Shown: positions 39,455-50,527, counted from the first letter of the whole stretch. The stretch is 63,929 nt of DNA, filler included, from 9 parts of 9 records of this genome joined end to end with filler, not necessarily neighbours in it; one strand, 5' to 3'. Made by a program: numbers and translations. The notes: a model not told the origin generated them from the letters alone.

Positions 39455-39938
39455 CGGCGAGACCCAGGTTTCTTATCTTCTCGATGAGTTCCCTTCGGAA
39501 ATCGTCACCGCCCGAGAGATCGCGCGACGTTGTCGGCTTCGGGATATAGTCGGCGGCACCGGCGTTCAGGGCGCGGATGCTGATTTCGGCGTTCCGCAAG
39601 GTCAGGGTCGACGCCATGATCACCTTGACGCCGGGATCGGTCTCGATCAGCTTCGGCAACGCCGTCAATCCATCCATGACCGGCATTTCGATGTCCAGGA
39701 CGATGACGTCGACGGGCGTTTTTGCCAGGGTCGACACGGCGATCTGGCCGTTGCCGACGGAAGCCGCCACGACAATGTCCTTCTCGGCCTCGAGCATGCG
39801 GGTTATCAGGCCGCGGACGACGGCCGAATCATCGACAATCATGACGCGAAACGGCTCTGAAGCCGGCGTGCCCTTGGTCGACGCCGAAGCGTTGGCACCG
39901 ATGTTCATCTGACCCGTCAAAGGTGTCTCCGTACCCAC
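39455..39938 (-). CDS. cheB: Chemotaxis methylesterase CheB, receiver part (3' truncated)
   Basis: VMIVDDSAVVRG, LDIEMPVMDGLTALP, MASTLTLRNAEIS; start uncertain. Confidence 0.88.
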
Positions 39939-40304
39939 TTAAAGCAGCCCGACTTGAGCGAATTTCGCCTGAATGATTTCGCTATCGAACGGCTTCATCA
40001 CGTATTCGTTGGCGCCCGCTTCGATGGCTTCCTGGATGTTGCTGATATCGTTTTCCGTCGTGCAGAAAACAACGATCGGCGTGACACCGTTCGGGATCGC
40101 GCGCAGGGCCCGGAGAAAATCGATGCCGTTCATGACCGGCATGTACCAGTCCAGCAGGATGGCATCGAACACCCGTTTCTCACATGTCGCCAACGCGACC
40201 TCGCCGTTCTCGGCCTCTTCGGTTTCGAAGCCAAGATCTTCGAGAATGTTTCGGGCCACCTTACGGATAACCCTTGAATCATCAACAATGAGGCAGCTTT
40301 TCAT
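39939..40304 (-). CDS. cheY: CheY-like response regulator
   Basis: MKSCLIVDDSRVIRKVAR, LDWYMP, FCTTEND, EYVMKPFD. Confidence 0.88.
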   Translation of the reverse strand: MKSCLIVDDSRVIRKVARNILEDLGFETEEAENGEVALATCEKRVFDAILLDWYMPVMNGIDFLRALRAIPNGVTPIVVFCTTENDISNIQEAIEAGANEYVMKPFDSEIIQAKFAQVGLL

Positions 40305-40680
40305 CAATCTTCCCCGGCCAAACGGCGGTGCCTTCCTCTGTGATCGGTTCGAAACGGCATCGACAAACCACGAATTGCGCCAAATAGTCACCCGACGCCA
40401 TGTCCGGTCATCCGGCACGGCGCCGTATCGCTTTCAATCATCCCCACAGAACGCCCGTCGTCAACCATGAATCCTGTAACAAGATGTCACAGCCTGACTA
40501 CAAATCGTTACCGTTCCATGGGCGATCCGTCATCATCGGGACACACCGGAAGCCCAAAATCCCAGGGTTGATTGTTTTCGCCGATGCGACGGCCGGACGA
40601 TATGACCACGCCGACGGTTTCGGTTTCCGGACACGTCAAGCCGACCGGCCGGCATCGAGAATAAAAAATTAGGAAATCCC

Positions 40681-41733
40681 ATGGATACGGTCTTGGACGA
40701 GCGAGCCTCCAACATAATTTCCGACATTGATCGTGATTCCCTTCACGTTCTTCCGTTGTCGATTTTACCGATCGAGACACCGGCCTTGCGGCGGGCGCGT
40801 TTGATCAAGAACGTCCGCCTGTGCAGCGTTCTCGAACTTTTCGAGGAAAAGCAGACCGGTAGCGGGCAGATGGAAATTGCGGACATCGGCAAGGAATTCG
40901 GCTGGCCGTCGGACCGCCCGAACAAGGATCGGGATTTGGTGACGAAGCTGGCCTATCTGCACAGCTACGACGTTTATAGCCTGCGGGTTTCCCTGCGCGA
41001 GCAGGAGATCGAGGTCAACAACGTCCAGTCGCTGAAACTATCGGCCAGCAAAAGCGCCGAATTGACCGACTATATGAAGGATTTCACGCGGCCCCTGATC
41101 CTGCAGATCTACGGCGGCGGCGATATGGAAATTCAGGATTTCTCGGACGTCATCGGGTTGTTCCGCGATCCCGACGTCAAGAAGGCGCGCGAGAAACTGG
41201 AACTGATGGCCAAGAAGCTGGAAATCAAGCTCTCCGAGGTTCCGCAGTTTCTCGAAGACTACGGCGACATCTTCCTGTCTCTTTCCTACTACCGCCAGTG
41301 CCTGGACGTACTCGAACCGGTCATCAGCCAGTTCCTCGAAGGCATGGAGGATTTGCGCAACAACTGGCAACTGCGACACGACCGCAACCTGATGAACAGC
41401 TGCGACGAGATCGAAAACGTCGTCAACGAACTGATGGCGGCGATCACCGGGCGGTTCGAAAACTTCGACCGCTCGACCAAAACCATGTGGGACAACCTGA
41501 CCGCCGAACGTTTCCGCAAGGTCAAGGAACTGATCGAAAGCTATCACACCACCATCGGCGGCGTGCTGTGCTCGCTCAACGTCAAGATGGATGCCTGGGC
41601 GCGGCTGTTCCCGCGACCGGATGCCGGCGGTCCGGTCCGCCGCGGCGAATTCATCATGAGCGAAATCAAGCAGGGCATCGAAAACATCCAGAAAATCGAA
41701 GACTCGGCCCCGATGCTGTCGATGCTCGGCTGA
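40681..41733 (+). CDS. Conserved hypothetical protein (helical, 350 aa)
   Basis: AGGA RBS, strong GC3 codon bias, no recognisable catalytic motif. Confidence 0.8.
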   Translation: MDTVLDERASNIISDIDRDSLHVLPLSILPIETPALRRARLIKNVRLCSVLELFEEKQTGSGQMEIADIGKEFGWPSDRPNKDRDLVTKLAYLHSYDVYSLRVSLREQEIEVNNVQSLKLSASKSAELTDYMKDFTRPLILQIYGGGDMEIQDFSDVIGLFRDPDVKKAREKLELMAKKLEIKLSEVPQFLEDYGDIFLSLSYYRQCLDVLEPVISQFLEGMEDLRNNWQLRHDRNLMNSCDEIENVVNELMAAITGRFENFDRSTKTMWDNLTAERFRKVKELIESYHTTIGGVLCSLNVKMDAWARLFPRPDAGGPVRRGEFIMSEIKQGIENIQKIEDSAPMLSMLG

Positions 41734-41757
41734 CCCTCATTGCACGACAGGCCGGAC

Positions 41758-44649
41758 ATGACTTTCCGCGATATTCCGATTCGAACAAAAAACCTGCTGA
41801 TAATCGGCGTTGCCGCCGTCGGAATTGCCGTACTTGCGACGGTCGGGCTGGCCGACCTGCGCGAGGACCATCTCAACGAGCGCCGCGAACGGCTCCAGAA
41901 CCTGGTCGAATCCGCGCATGGACTATTGGAAGTGTTCGCGGCTTCGGAAGCATCGGGTGCGCTATCCGCGGATGAGGCGCAGCAACGCGCCGGCATGGCC
42001 TTGCGCGGCCTGCGCTATTCCCAGGGCGGGTATTTTTGGGCGCAAACCCGAAAAACGGTCATCGTCCATCCTTTCCTGCCCGAACTCGAAGGAAAGGACG
42101 AAGCCGAAATTATCGACGCCACCGGCCGGCCGATACTGGGCGATCTCGCCGATGCCGGGGAAAATCCCGAAGGCGGATATGTCTCCTACGTCTGGCTCAA
42201 ACCGGGTTCGAACGAAGCGGTGTCCAAGCTTTCCTACGTAAAACGATTCCAGCCATGGGGCTGGATGATCGGGACCGGCGTCTACATCGATGACTTGGAC
42301 GCGGCATTCTGGGACCGCGCCCGGGTCAAAGGCGGCATCGTATTCGGCACGCTGTTACTGCTGTTTGGCATCTCCGTCCTGTTGTCGAGAGGAATCTCCG
42401 GGCCGTTATCCTCGCTGACGAATAAAATACACGATCTTGCGGAAGGCCGTTTCCCCAGCCCGGCAAACGACGATCAACGACGCGACGAAATCGGCGATCT
42501 GGCGCGCGCCTTCAATATTTTCCGAAAGAACCAGATTGAACTCGATCGCCTTCGAATTGAACAGGAAGTGATCAGGGACCGGGAACGTCAACTGATGCAC
42601 GACAGCGAATTCCGCTTCCGATCGCTGGTCGATCAATCGCCCGATGCCATCGTCGTTCACCAGGACCGGCACATTACTTATGCCAACGAGATCGCGGCCG
42701 AAATGTTTGGCGCCGTCGACGCCGCCTCCCTTATTGGCCGCGAGTTCACGTCGTTGTTCGCAGATCATGAACTGACGCGGGTCGAAGAGAGTTTCCAGAA
42801 CGTTACCCACGACGGCGAACAGGAACTCCTGGTCGACTATACCTGCCGCCAGCTTGACGGAACCCATTTTGAAGTCGAAACATCCGGGACGCGGTTTGCT
42901 TTTCGAAACGCCTATTCCGTTCAATGCGTATTCCGGGACGTGACGAAAAGACGAAAACGACAGGAAACATTCCGACAACTGTCCCGGGTCGTCGAGCAAA
43001 GCCCGTCCATCGTCGTGATTACCGATGCCACCGGTGCGATCGAATACGTCAATCCGAAATTCGAACAGGTATCCGGCTACACCCTATCCGAGGTTATCGG
43101 GCAATCCCCCAACATCCTCAAATCCGGCCACACCCCCGAAAAGATCTACGAGGAAATGTGGCGAACGCTCGAACAGGGTCAGGATTGGGAAGGGGAATTC
43201 TGCAATCTCCATAAGGACGGCACCCGTTTCTGGGAACATGCGCGGATTTCGCCGATCAAGGACGATGCCGGAACAATCACCCATTTTGTCGCCGTCAAGG
43301 AAGACATAACAGCCCGCAAGTCCTACGAGGAACAACTGTTCCATCAAACCCAATTCGATTCACTGACCGATCTTCCCAATCGCGCGCTCTGCCTCGACCG
43401 ACTCGGCCAAGCTGTCGCCAACGCCGAACGAAACGGCCGCCAAGTCGCCGTCATGTGCGTCGATATCGACGATTTCAAAAAGATCAACGACACATTCGGA
43501 CATGCAACCGGTGACGATCTGTTGATTGAAGCGTCGCATCGGCTGAAGGGCTGTGTCGGCTCCGATGGAATCGCCGGACGCCTGGACGGCGACGTATTCC
43601 TTGTCATCCTTCCGGACCTCGCGGCCGGGATTCACTCGGAACTGATAACCCGGAAGATCTTCGAAGCCTTCAATACCGGCTTCCATATCGAAGGACAGGA
43701 AATCCTTCTATCCGTCAGCATCGGCCAGACGCTGTTTCCGACCGATGGCGGCAATCCGCAGACTTTGATCCGCAATGCCCAATCCGCCCTCTACCGCGCC
43801 AAGGAAGCGGGTCGCAATACCTGCCGGTATTTCACGCCGGAAATGAACCGGGACGCACGGCGGCGGGTCAACATGCAGACCCTGCTCAGCCGGGCCGTCG
43901 AAAACGGCGAACTTACGGTCAATTACCAACCGATCGTCGATGCCAAGACGTCCGAATGGATCGCGGCGGAAGCCTTGGCAAGATGGAACAGCCCCGAACT
44001 GGGAAACGTGCCTCCGGACGAGTTCATTCCCCTGGCCGAGGAAAGCGATCTGATCGTTGGGCTTGGAACGTGGGTTCTGCGGGAATCCTGCACTCAGGCG
44101 GTCAAATGGCAGGCCTGCACGGAAAAACCCATCGCCGTCGCCGTCAATGTTTCGTCACGCCAATTGCAGGACATTTCATTCGCCGAGAGCGTCTCGGCAA
44201 TTCTTGCGGAAACCGGCCTGCAGCCGTCTCTCCTCGAGCTTGAAATCACCGAGCGCGTGCTGCTTGCCGAAGACAACGAGACCCGCCGCATCATCGACGC
44301 ACTCACTTCGACCGGCATCAAGCTTTCGATCGACGATTTCGGCACCGGATATTCGGCGCTGACCTACCTGCGGCACCTGCCGACCGAATTCCTGAAAATC
44401 GATCGCGCATTTGTCACAAACATCGACAGCAATTCGAAAGATGCGGCATTGGTCAGCGCCATCATCGCGATGGCCCATTGTCTGGGAATCAAAACGGTCG
44501 CCGAAGGCATCGAAACCCATCAGCACGCCGCGGCCTTGCGCGCCGGTCGATGCGAACGTCTCCAGGGCTACCACTTCGCCAAGCCGATGCCGGGCGAGGA
44601 ATTCCTGTCCCGTCTTATTGAAAAACCGATGTCCGCGGTCGGCGAGTAA
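41758..44649 (+). CDS. sCache_2-HAMP-PAS-PAS-GGDEF(degenerate)-EAL c-di-GMP phosphodiesterase
   Basis: KLSYVKRFQPWGWMIGTGVY, DEIGDLARAF, two PAS domains, RLDGDVF, EALARW, ELEITE, DDFGTGYS, KIDR, QGY. Confidence 0.92.
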   Translation: MTFRDIPIRTKNLLIIGVAAVGIAVLATVGLADLREDHLNERRERLQNLVESAHGLLEVFAASEASGALSADEAQQRAGMALRGLRYSQGGYFWAQTRKTVIVHPFLPELEGKDEAEIIDATGRPILGDLADAGENPEGGYVSYVWLKPGSNEAVSKLSYVKRFQPWGWMIGTGVYIDDLDAAFWDRARVKGGIVFGTLLLLFGISVLLSRGISGPLSSLTNKIHDLAEGRFPSPANDDQRRDEIGDLARAFNIFRKNQIELDRLRIEQEVIRDRERQLMHDSEFRFRSLVDQSPDAIVVHQDRHITYANEIAAEMFGAVDAASLIGREFTSLFADHELTRVEESFQNVTHDGEQELLVDYTCRQLDGTHFEVETSGTRFAFRNAYSVQCVFRDVTKRRKRQETFRQLSRVVEQSPSIVVITDATGAIEYVNPKFEQVSGYTLSEVIGQSPNILKSGHTPEKIYEEMWRTLEQGQDWEGEFCNLHKDGTRFWEHARISPIKDDAGTITHFVAVKEDITARKSYEEQLFHQTQFDSLTDLPNRALCLDRLGQAVANAERNGRQVAVMCVDIDDFKKINDTFGHATGDDLLIEASHRLKGCVGSDGIAGRLDGDVFLVILPDLAAGIHSELITRKIFEAFNTGFHIEGQEILLSVSIGQTLFPTDGGNPQTLIRNAQSALYRAKEAGRNTCRYFTPEMNRDARRRVNMQTLLSRAVENGELTVNYQPIVDAKTSEWIAAEALARWNSPELGNVPPDEFIPLAEESDLIVGLGTWVLRESCTQAVKWQACTEKPIAVAVNVSSRQLQDISFAESVSAILAETGLQPSLLELEITERVLLAEDNETRRIIDALTSTGIKLSIDDFGTGYSALTYLRHLPTEFLKIDRAFVTNIDSNSKDAALVSAIIAMAHCLGIKTVAEGIETHQHAAALRAGRCERLQGYHFAKPMPGEEFLSRLIEKPMSAVGE

Positions 44650-44819
44650 GGGCTCCGGCAAGGAAATCCCCCGTCACCACGCGAACGTCACCGGGCTTAT
44701 GCCGCTTGATCGCGGTTTTAAACGCCCGGCTGGGATTGTGGGTAACTCCGGTCTCGGTTCGGCGGCGTCATGATCGACGCCGGCGCTCGACGGACACCGT
44801 CTCCGGAAGCGCCGCCCGA

Positions 44820-45482
44820 TCAGTCGAAGTCGGCCAAAAGACGGTCGATCTCGTCCTGGGATATGCCTTCGCCGGCCTTTTGCGGCCCCTGCAGCAGATC
44901 CTCGTCGGTGGGCGGTTCTGCGTCTTCCGGTTTCGTGGCCTCTTTTGCCTTGGCCTTTTCCTTCAGCTCGTCGATCTCGCTGCCGAACGCCTTGACCAAG
45001 GCATCGACCTTCACTTCGATCTCGTTCAGCGTGTTGACGACCTTGTTGATGCGTTGGCCGGTGATGTCCTGGAAACCGCAGGCTTCGTAGATCTTCGTCG
45101 TCGCATCGAGAAGCAAGTCCTGCTTTTCCTGGTCGAGGCCGTCGGCCACGGTTTCGACGGCTTCGGTCGCATCCATGATCGCATTCGTCGCTTCCGCCGT
45201 CGCATCGACGATCGCATCCAGTTCCGTCGCCGCGGCGGGCAGGAATTCGTCTTTGACCTCGTCGGGCCGCAACGCCGCGATCTCGGTCTTGGCGGTCTGG
45301 ATGTAGGTGTTGAGCGCCTCAAGCTCGGCGTAGATCTTGCGGCTCAACCCGCGCATGTCGCCGGTTCCCGACGACATCAAGGCGCCAACGACCTTGGCCA
45401 CCTCTTCGACCTGGACGGTGTCGCCGTACTTGGCCCTCAGCTCCTCGAGGAGCCGGGCCACATCAATCGATTTTTTCGGCAT
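44820..45482 (-). CDS. cheZ: Alphaproteobacterial CheZ phosphatase
   Basis: ELDAIVDATAEAT, IYEACGFQDITGQRI, LLQGPQ, SQDEIDRL. Confidence 0.9.
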   Translation of the reverse strand: MPKKSIDVARLLEELRAKYGDTVQVEEVAKVVGALMSSGTGDMRGLSRKIYAELEALNTYIQTAKTEIAALRPDEVKDEFLPAAATELDAIVDATAEATNAIMDATEAVETVADGLDQEKQDLLLDATTKIYEACGFQDITGQRINKVVNTLNEIEVKVDALVKAFGSEIDELKEKAKAKEATKPEDAEPPTDEDLLQGPQKAGEGISQDEIDRLLADFD

Positions 45483-45490
45483 AACGGCAC

Positions 45491-45877
45491 CTAAAAGTCA
45501 CCCAGAACACTTGCCATTTTCATTTTCAGGGTCTCGGCGTTGAAAGGTTTGACGATGTAGTTGGAAACGCCAGCCTGTTTCGCCGCGACAACGTTCTCGG
45601 GTTTGCTTTCGGCCGTCACCATGATGAACGGGATGCCCTTCATTTTTTCGTCTGCGCGAACATGCCGCAGCAGCTGAATCCCCGTCATCGGTTCCATATT
45701 CCAATCTGAGATCACTAGGCCGTAACCGCCTTCCTTCAGCTTGGCAAGCGCCATCGTGCCGTCAGTGGCTTCTTCAACATTCCTGAAGTCCAACTGGCGA
45801 AGAAGGTTCCGCAGTATCCTCAGCATCGTCCGGTAATCGTCGACGATAAGGACTTTCATGTTTTTGTCGACTGGCAT
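45491..45877 (-). CDS. cheY: Chemotaxis response regulator CheY
   Basis: VLIVDDYRTMLRI, SDWNMEPMTG, MVTAES, YIVKPF. Confidence 0.92.
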   Translation of the reverse strand: MPVDKNMKVLIVDDYRTMLRILRNLLRQLDFRNVEEATDGTMALAKLKEGGYGLVISDWNMEPMTGIQLLRHVRADEKMKGIPFIMVTAESKPENVVAAKQAGVSNYIVKPFNAETLKMKMASVLGDF

Positions 45878-46105
45878 GTTTCACTCCATTTCTTGGGCCG
45901 TCGAAATCAAAACTATCGTACCTCCCCACGTCCATTCGGAATCGAAGAAAACAAAATTCCGAAGACGCGCCAGTCCGCCTAAACATATTAACAGTTGCGG
46001 CCGGTCCGCAACCGAATTTCTTAACAATCGGAAAAAAGGATATTTCCGCCAACAGCGAAAAGGTCGAATTCAGGCTGCCGATAACCCTGCTTTATTAGCG
46101 TTGTT

Positions 46106-46825
46106 TTATTGGACCGCAACCTCCGGCGTAAAAATATACCCGGCGCCGCGAACGGTTTTGATCAGCATCGGGTTGCCTCGATCGATCTCTATCTTTCCGC
46201 GCAATCTCATGACCAGAACGTCAATGCTTCTTTCGAAGGGGAACATTTCACGGCCGTAGACCAGATCGAGAAGCCGATCCCGGCTGAGAACCTTGTCGGG
46301 ATTGTTGACGAAGGCAACCAGAAGATCGAACTCGGCCGAGGTCAATCGCACTTCCGCGCCGTCGGCACCGGTAAGACGGCGCCGTCCCAGGTCCAGGTTC
46401 CATCCCGCGAACTCGGCCTTGTTCTGGCGGGGCTTGGCTTCGTCCTTAACGGCGACGGTTTTTTGCGATCGCCGAAGCACCGATCGGATGCGGGCCAGCA
46501 ATTCGCGCGCTTCAAAAGGCTTCGGAATATAGTCGTCAGCGCCCATTTCCAGGCCGACGACACGGTCGACGGTATCGCTGCGCCCGGTAACCATGACGAT
46601 CGGCACGTCGGACTGGGACCGGATTTCACGTGCCAGTTCAAGTCCGTCCTCACCGGGCAGCATAAGGTCGAGGATAACGAGATCGACCTCCTGCTTGGAG
46701 AGAACATGACGCATGCCGGTACCGTCCTTGGCCGTCGACATCTGATAGCCCTGGCTACCGAGGTATTCCTCGATAAAACTGCTGACGGTCGGGTCGTCTT
46801 CAACAACGAGTATTTTTTCGGGCAT
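46106..46825 (-). CDS. OmpR-family response regulator
   Basis: ILVVEDD, LDLMLPGEDG, GADDYIPKPF, winged helix RSIDVLVMRLR..KTVRGAGY. Confidence 0.93.
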   Translation of the reverse strand: MPEKILVVEDDPTVSSFIEEYLGSQGYQMSTAKDGTGMRHVLSKQEVDLVILDLMLPGEDGLELAREIRSQSDVPIVMVTGRSDTVDRVVGLEMGADDYIPKPFEARELLARIRSVLRRSQKTVAVKDEAKPRQNKAEFAGWNLDLGRRRLTGADGAEVRLTSAEFDLLVAFVNNPDKVLSRDRLLDLVYGREMFPFERSIDVLVMRLRGKIEIDRGNPMLIKTVRGAGYIFTPEVAVQ

Positions 46826-47397
46826 CCTCTAGCGTTCCTGATGCATGTCCATTTTTTACCGTTCTTATACGTGCGCGCTAAAAGGCCGCATAGGTCATAG
46901 AACCATAACAAATAAAATTTGCTTTTCAAATCATGCTGCATTGTCCTCCGAATCGACGTCGATGACAGTACCGATTTTGCCGCCACCGAATACCCGCTTT
47001 TCCGCCTGTCTCTTCCGTTGGCCGCGGACGATGCCGCTGCGCTTCCGCCTTCGGCGGGTTGACCGCGCCGGACCCGGAATGGGCCGCGCAACCGGCCGCC
47101 ACGAACGCGCCTATTTTTATTTCAATTTGTAATATTCCAGCGACAAACCGTTACCAAAAACGGCGCGGTCCGACATTTATGCGCAACAGGCGGCGCTTAA
47201 TCTGCGCAATGAATTATCCGGCCAGCCGGGTCTCCAGATCGGGAACCAGCCCTCCGGAACAAACCGGCAAACAAACAACGGGATTTAAAAACCAAGCGAA
47301 TCCTCAGAGGCAACAACGAGATCTGTCTTTCACGACCAAGGTTGGAAAAAGACCAATTACGGGAAACGCCTGGAAGCCCTGGAAAGAGGAAAGCAAG

Positions 47398-48231
47398 ATG
47401 TTCTTGGATAAACTGAAAATCGGCCCCCGCCTGATGCTGATCGTCGCCAGTACGATCGTCGGCATTTTGGCGCTGGGATCCTACTCCCTCATGGAAATCC
47501 GCCAAAACCTGATGGAAGACCGCAAGGTCAAAACCGAGCATGTGGTCGATGTCGTCGAAACCCTGGTCGCCCACTATCAGGCCCTGGAAGCGTCCGGCGA
47601 ACTGACACGCGAACAGGCGCAGCAGGCAGCCCTCCATGCGGTCGACAAGGTGCGCTACGACGAGCAGGAGTATTTCTGGCTGCAGTCCTACGAAAACGTC
47701 ATGATCATGCATCCGCTCAAGCCGGCCTTGAACGGCAAGAAAATGGACGGCACGGCCGACAAGAACGGCGTCAAGCTGTTCGACGAAATGGTTTCCGTCG
47801 TCAAGAAGGACGGCAAGGGTTTCGTCGAATATGTCTGGCCGAAACCCGGGTTCGAAGCGCCGGTGCAAAAGATTTCCTACGTCAAGGGATTCGCCCCCTG
47901 GGGTTGGATTGTCGGTTCCGGCATCTATGTCGATGATGTCGACGCGATCTTCTTCGAGGTTCTCACGATCATCGGCATCGTCGGCGCCGTCATTCTGGTT
48001 CTGGTTGTCGGCGGGTCGCTGATCATCAGCCGCGGTATCACCAAGCCTCTTTCCTATATTTCCGAAAACATGCAGCGCCTGGCCGAAGGCGACAAGGAAA
48101 TCGAGGTCAAGTTCACCGACCAGAACAACGAGATCGGTGATCTGTCCAGGGCCATGGATGTCTTCCTGGAAAAAACCATCGAGATGGACCGCATGCGCGA
48201 GGAGCAGGAAGAGGCCGAGCGCCGTGCCGAG
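47398..48231 (+). CDS. sCache_2-HAMP sensor, probable methyl-accepting chemotaxis protein (3' truncated)
   Basis: GAGG RBS; TM-Cache (RYD..YFW..MHP..KISYVKGFAPWGW)-TM-HAMP. Confidence 0.82.
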
Positions 48232-48331
48232 NNNNNNNNNNNNNNNNNNNNNNNNNNNNNNNNNNNNNNNNNNNNTTAATTAATTAANNNNNNNNNNNNN
48301 NNNNNNNNNNNNNNNNNNNNNNNNNNNNNNN
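48232..48331. other. Artificial contig linker
   Basis: N-run with TTAATTAATTAA. Confidence 0.99.
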
Positions 48332-49766
48332 CTTCGGTGGTACTGCTAAATGGCGTACCTGCTACACTTCTGACGGAACCGGACACGCGGTCATGTGTAC
48401 CATGGATAACCGTTGTGCCGAACTCGGAATCAATGTCTTTGATCGTAAAGAAGCCATCTCCCTCATCCATGACGGAGACAAATGCACAGGTGCCGTTGTT
48501 CGCTGCCTGCGCACTGGCGAACTGGAAGTGTACCTTTCCAAGGCCACATCCATTTGTACCGGCGGTTTCGGACGTATCTATAAAGCAACCACCAACGCGG
48601 TTATCTGTGACGGCGGCGGGCACATTATTGCCCACGATACCGGCGTAGTACCCATTGGTAACCCGGAAGCCATTCAGTTCCATCCCACCGGAATCGTACC
48701 TACCGATATCTTGGTAACCGAAGGTTGCCGCGGTGACGGCGGAACCCTGCTCGACGTTAACGAAGAGCGATTCATGAACATTTACGAACCGGAAAAGGCC
48801 GAACTGGCCTCCCGTGACGTTGTTTCCCGCTGGATGACCCATCACATGCGTGAGGGTAAGGGTGTTAAATCCGCTTATGGTGAGCATCTCTGGTTGGATA
48901 TTCGTCATCTCGGTGACAAGCACATTTCAACCAAACTGCGTGAAGTTGATGAAATCTGTCACCACTTCCTTAATGTAGATCCCCGCACACAGCTCATCCC
49001 GGTCCGTCCGACCCAGCACTATACCATGGCTGGTGTACGTACCAATAAAGATGGTGCTGTTTACGGTCTTAAAGGATTGTTCTCTGCTGGTGAGGCTGCT
49101 TGCTGGGATATGCATGGCTTTAACCGTCTCGGCGGGAACTCCCTGGCAGAAACAGTTGTTGCCGGCGGTATTATCGGTACCAAGATTGTTGAATTCCTTA
49201 AGGGTTATGAGACTGACTTCAAAACCTCTTTGGTTGCAGACGCTGTCCGCAAGCAGCAGGATCGTATCGAGAACCTGCGCAGCGGTGTTAATGGTAAGGA
49301 GAATGTCTACAAGGTCCGCGAAGAAATGCAGGATGCCCTTATGGAAGGCTGCTTTGTATTCAGAAATGATGCCGGACTTAATAAATGCATTGAAACCCTT
49401 CAGGGAACTCTTGATAAAGCCCGCAAGGTCGGTCTTGTTTCCGACGGTCTGGGTGCAAACCATGAATTGGCTGCGGCCCTTAAAATCGAAGGTCAGGTCA
49501 AACTGGGCCTGTGTATTGCCAAGGCTGCTCTTGAACGTACTGAAAGCCGTGGTTCCCACAACCGTGAGGATTATACCGCACGTGATGACAAGAATTGGCT
49601 GAACAGGACTCTGGCTTATTGGCGTGAAGGCGCTGACATGCCCGAACTCCAGTACGAAGAAGCTACCCCCGGATACGAAATTCCTCCGGGAGACCGTGGT
49701 TACGGTGGCGGTTCCATCATCGAGGCCGACAAGGCTGAGATTGAAGCCAAAATGTTCAAGAAATAA
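48332..49766 (+). CDS. frdA: Fumarate reductase flavoprotein subunit (5' truncated)
   Basis: QFHPT, TEGCRGDGG, ELASRDVVSR, QHYTMAG, HGFNRLGGNSL, RTESRGSH. Confidence 0.95.
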
Positions 49767-49786
49767 CCCCTGACAAGGATATAAAG

Positions 49787-50524
49787 ATGAGCAGACAACT
49801 CGAATTTGATATATTCCGTTACAATCCACAGGATAAGGGGTCGGTTCCGCACATGCAGACTTTTGTGCTGGATGAAACCGAGAACATGACCCTGTTCATC
49901 GCGCTGAACCGTTTGCGTGAGGAGCAGGACCCCGGCCTGATCTTTGACTTCTGCTGCCGCGCGGGCATCTGCGGCGCGTGCGCTATGGTAGTTAACGGTA
50001 AGCCCCGTCTGGCCTGCCAGACCAAGACTGTGGACCTGCCCGAACAGATTACCCTGCTGCCCCTGCCTGTATATCAGCTGATCGGTGACCTTTCAGTTGA
50101 TACCGGTTCATGGTTCAGGGAAATGTATCAGACTACTGAATCATGGATTCACACCAATAAAACCTTTGATCCCAATGCCCTTGAAGAGCGTATGGAGAAC
50201 GAGGTTGCTGAACAGATTTACGAACTGGAGCGCTGCATCGAATGTGGCTGCTGTGTTGCCGCCTGCGGTACCGCTCGCCTTCGTGATGATTTCCTCGGTG
50301 CTGCATCTTTGAACCGTGTGGCTCGTTTCGTAGTCGATCCTCGCGACCAGCGTACTGACCGCGATTACTTTGAAATTATCGGTAATGATGAAGGTATCTT
50401 CGGCTGCATGGGCTTGCTCGGCTGCGAAGATGTCTGCCCCAAAAATCTGCCGCTGCAGAACCAGCTCGGTTTCCTGCGCCGCAAGATGGGGATCACCGCA
50501 ATCAAAGAAATATTCAGGAAGTAA
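49787..50524 (+). CDS. frdB: Fumarate reductase iron-sulfur subunit
   Basis: CCRAGICGAC, CIECGCCVAAC, CMGLLGCEDVCP. Confidence 0.95.
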   Translation: MSRQLEFDIFRYNPQDKGSVPHMQTFVLDETENMTLFIALNRLREEQDPGLIFDFCCRAGICGACAMVVNGKPRLACQTKTVDLPEQITLLPLPVYQLIGDLSVDTGSWFREMYQTTESWIHTNKTFDPNALEERMENEVAEQIYELERCIECGCCVAACGTARLRDDFLGAASLNRVARFVVDPRDQRTDRDYFEIIGNDEGIFGCMGLLGCEDVCPKNLPLQNQLGFLRRKMGITAIKEIFRK

Positions 50525-50527
50525 GCA

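Noticed and set aside
45981-46030. TTAAC half-sites upstream of cheY as CtrA boxes
   Set aside because: No complete TTAA-N7-TTAA arrangement
28828-46900. Many long antisense or alternative-frame ORFs (e.g. 31832-32725, 38386-39402, 44706-45494, 46109-46900)
   Set aside because: Shadows of real genes in GC-rich DNA, with no motifs
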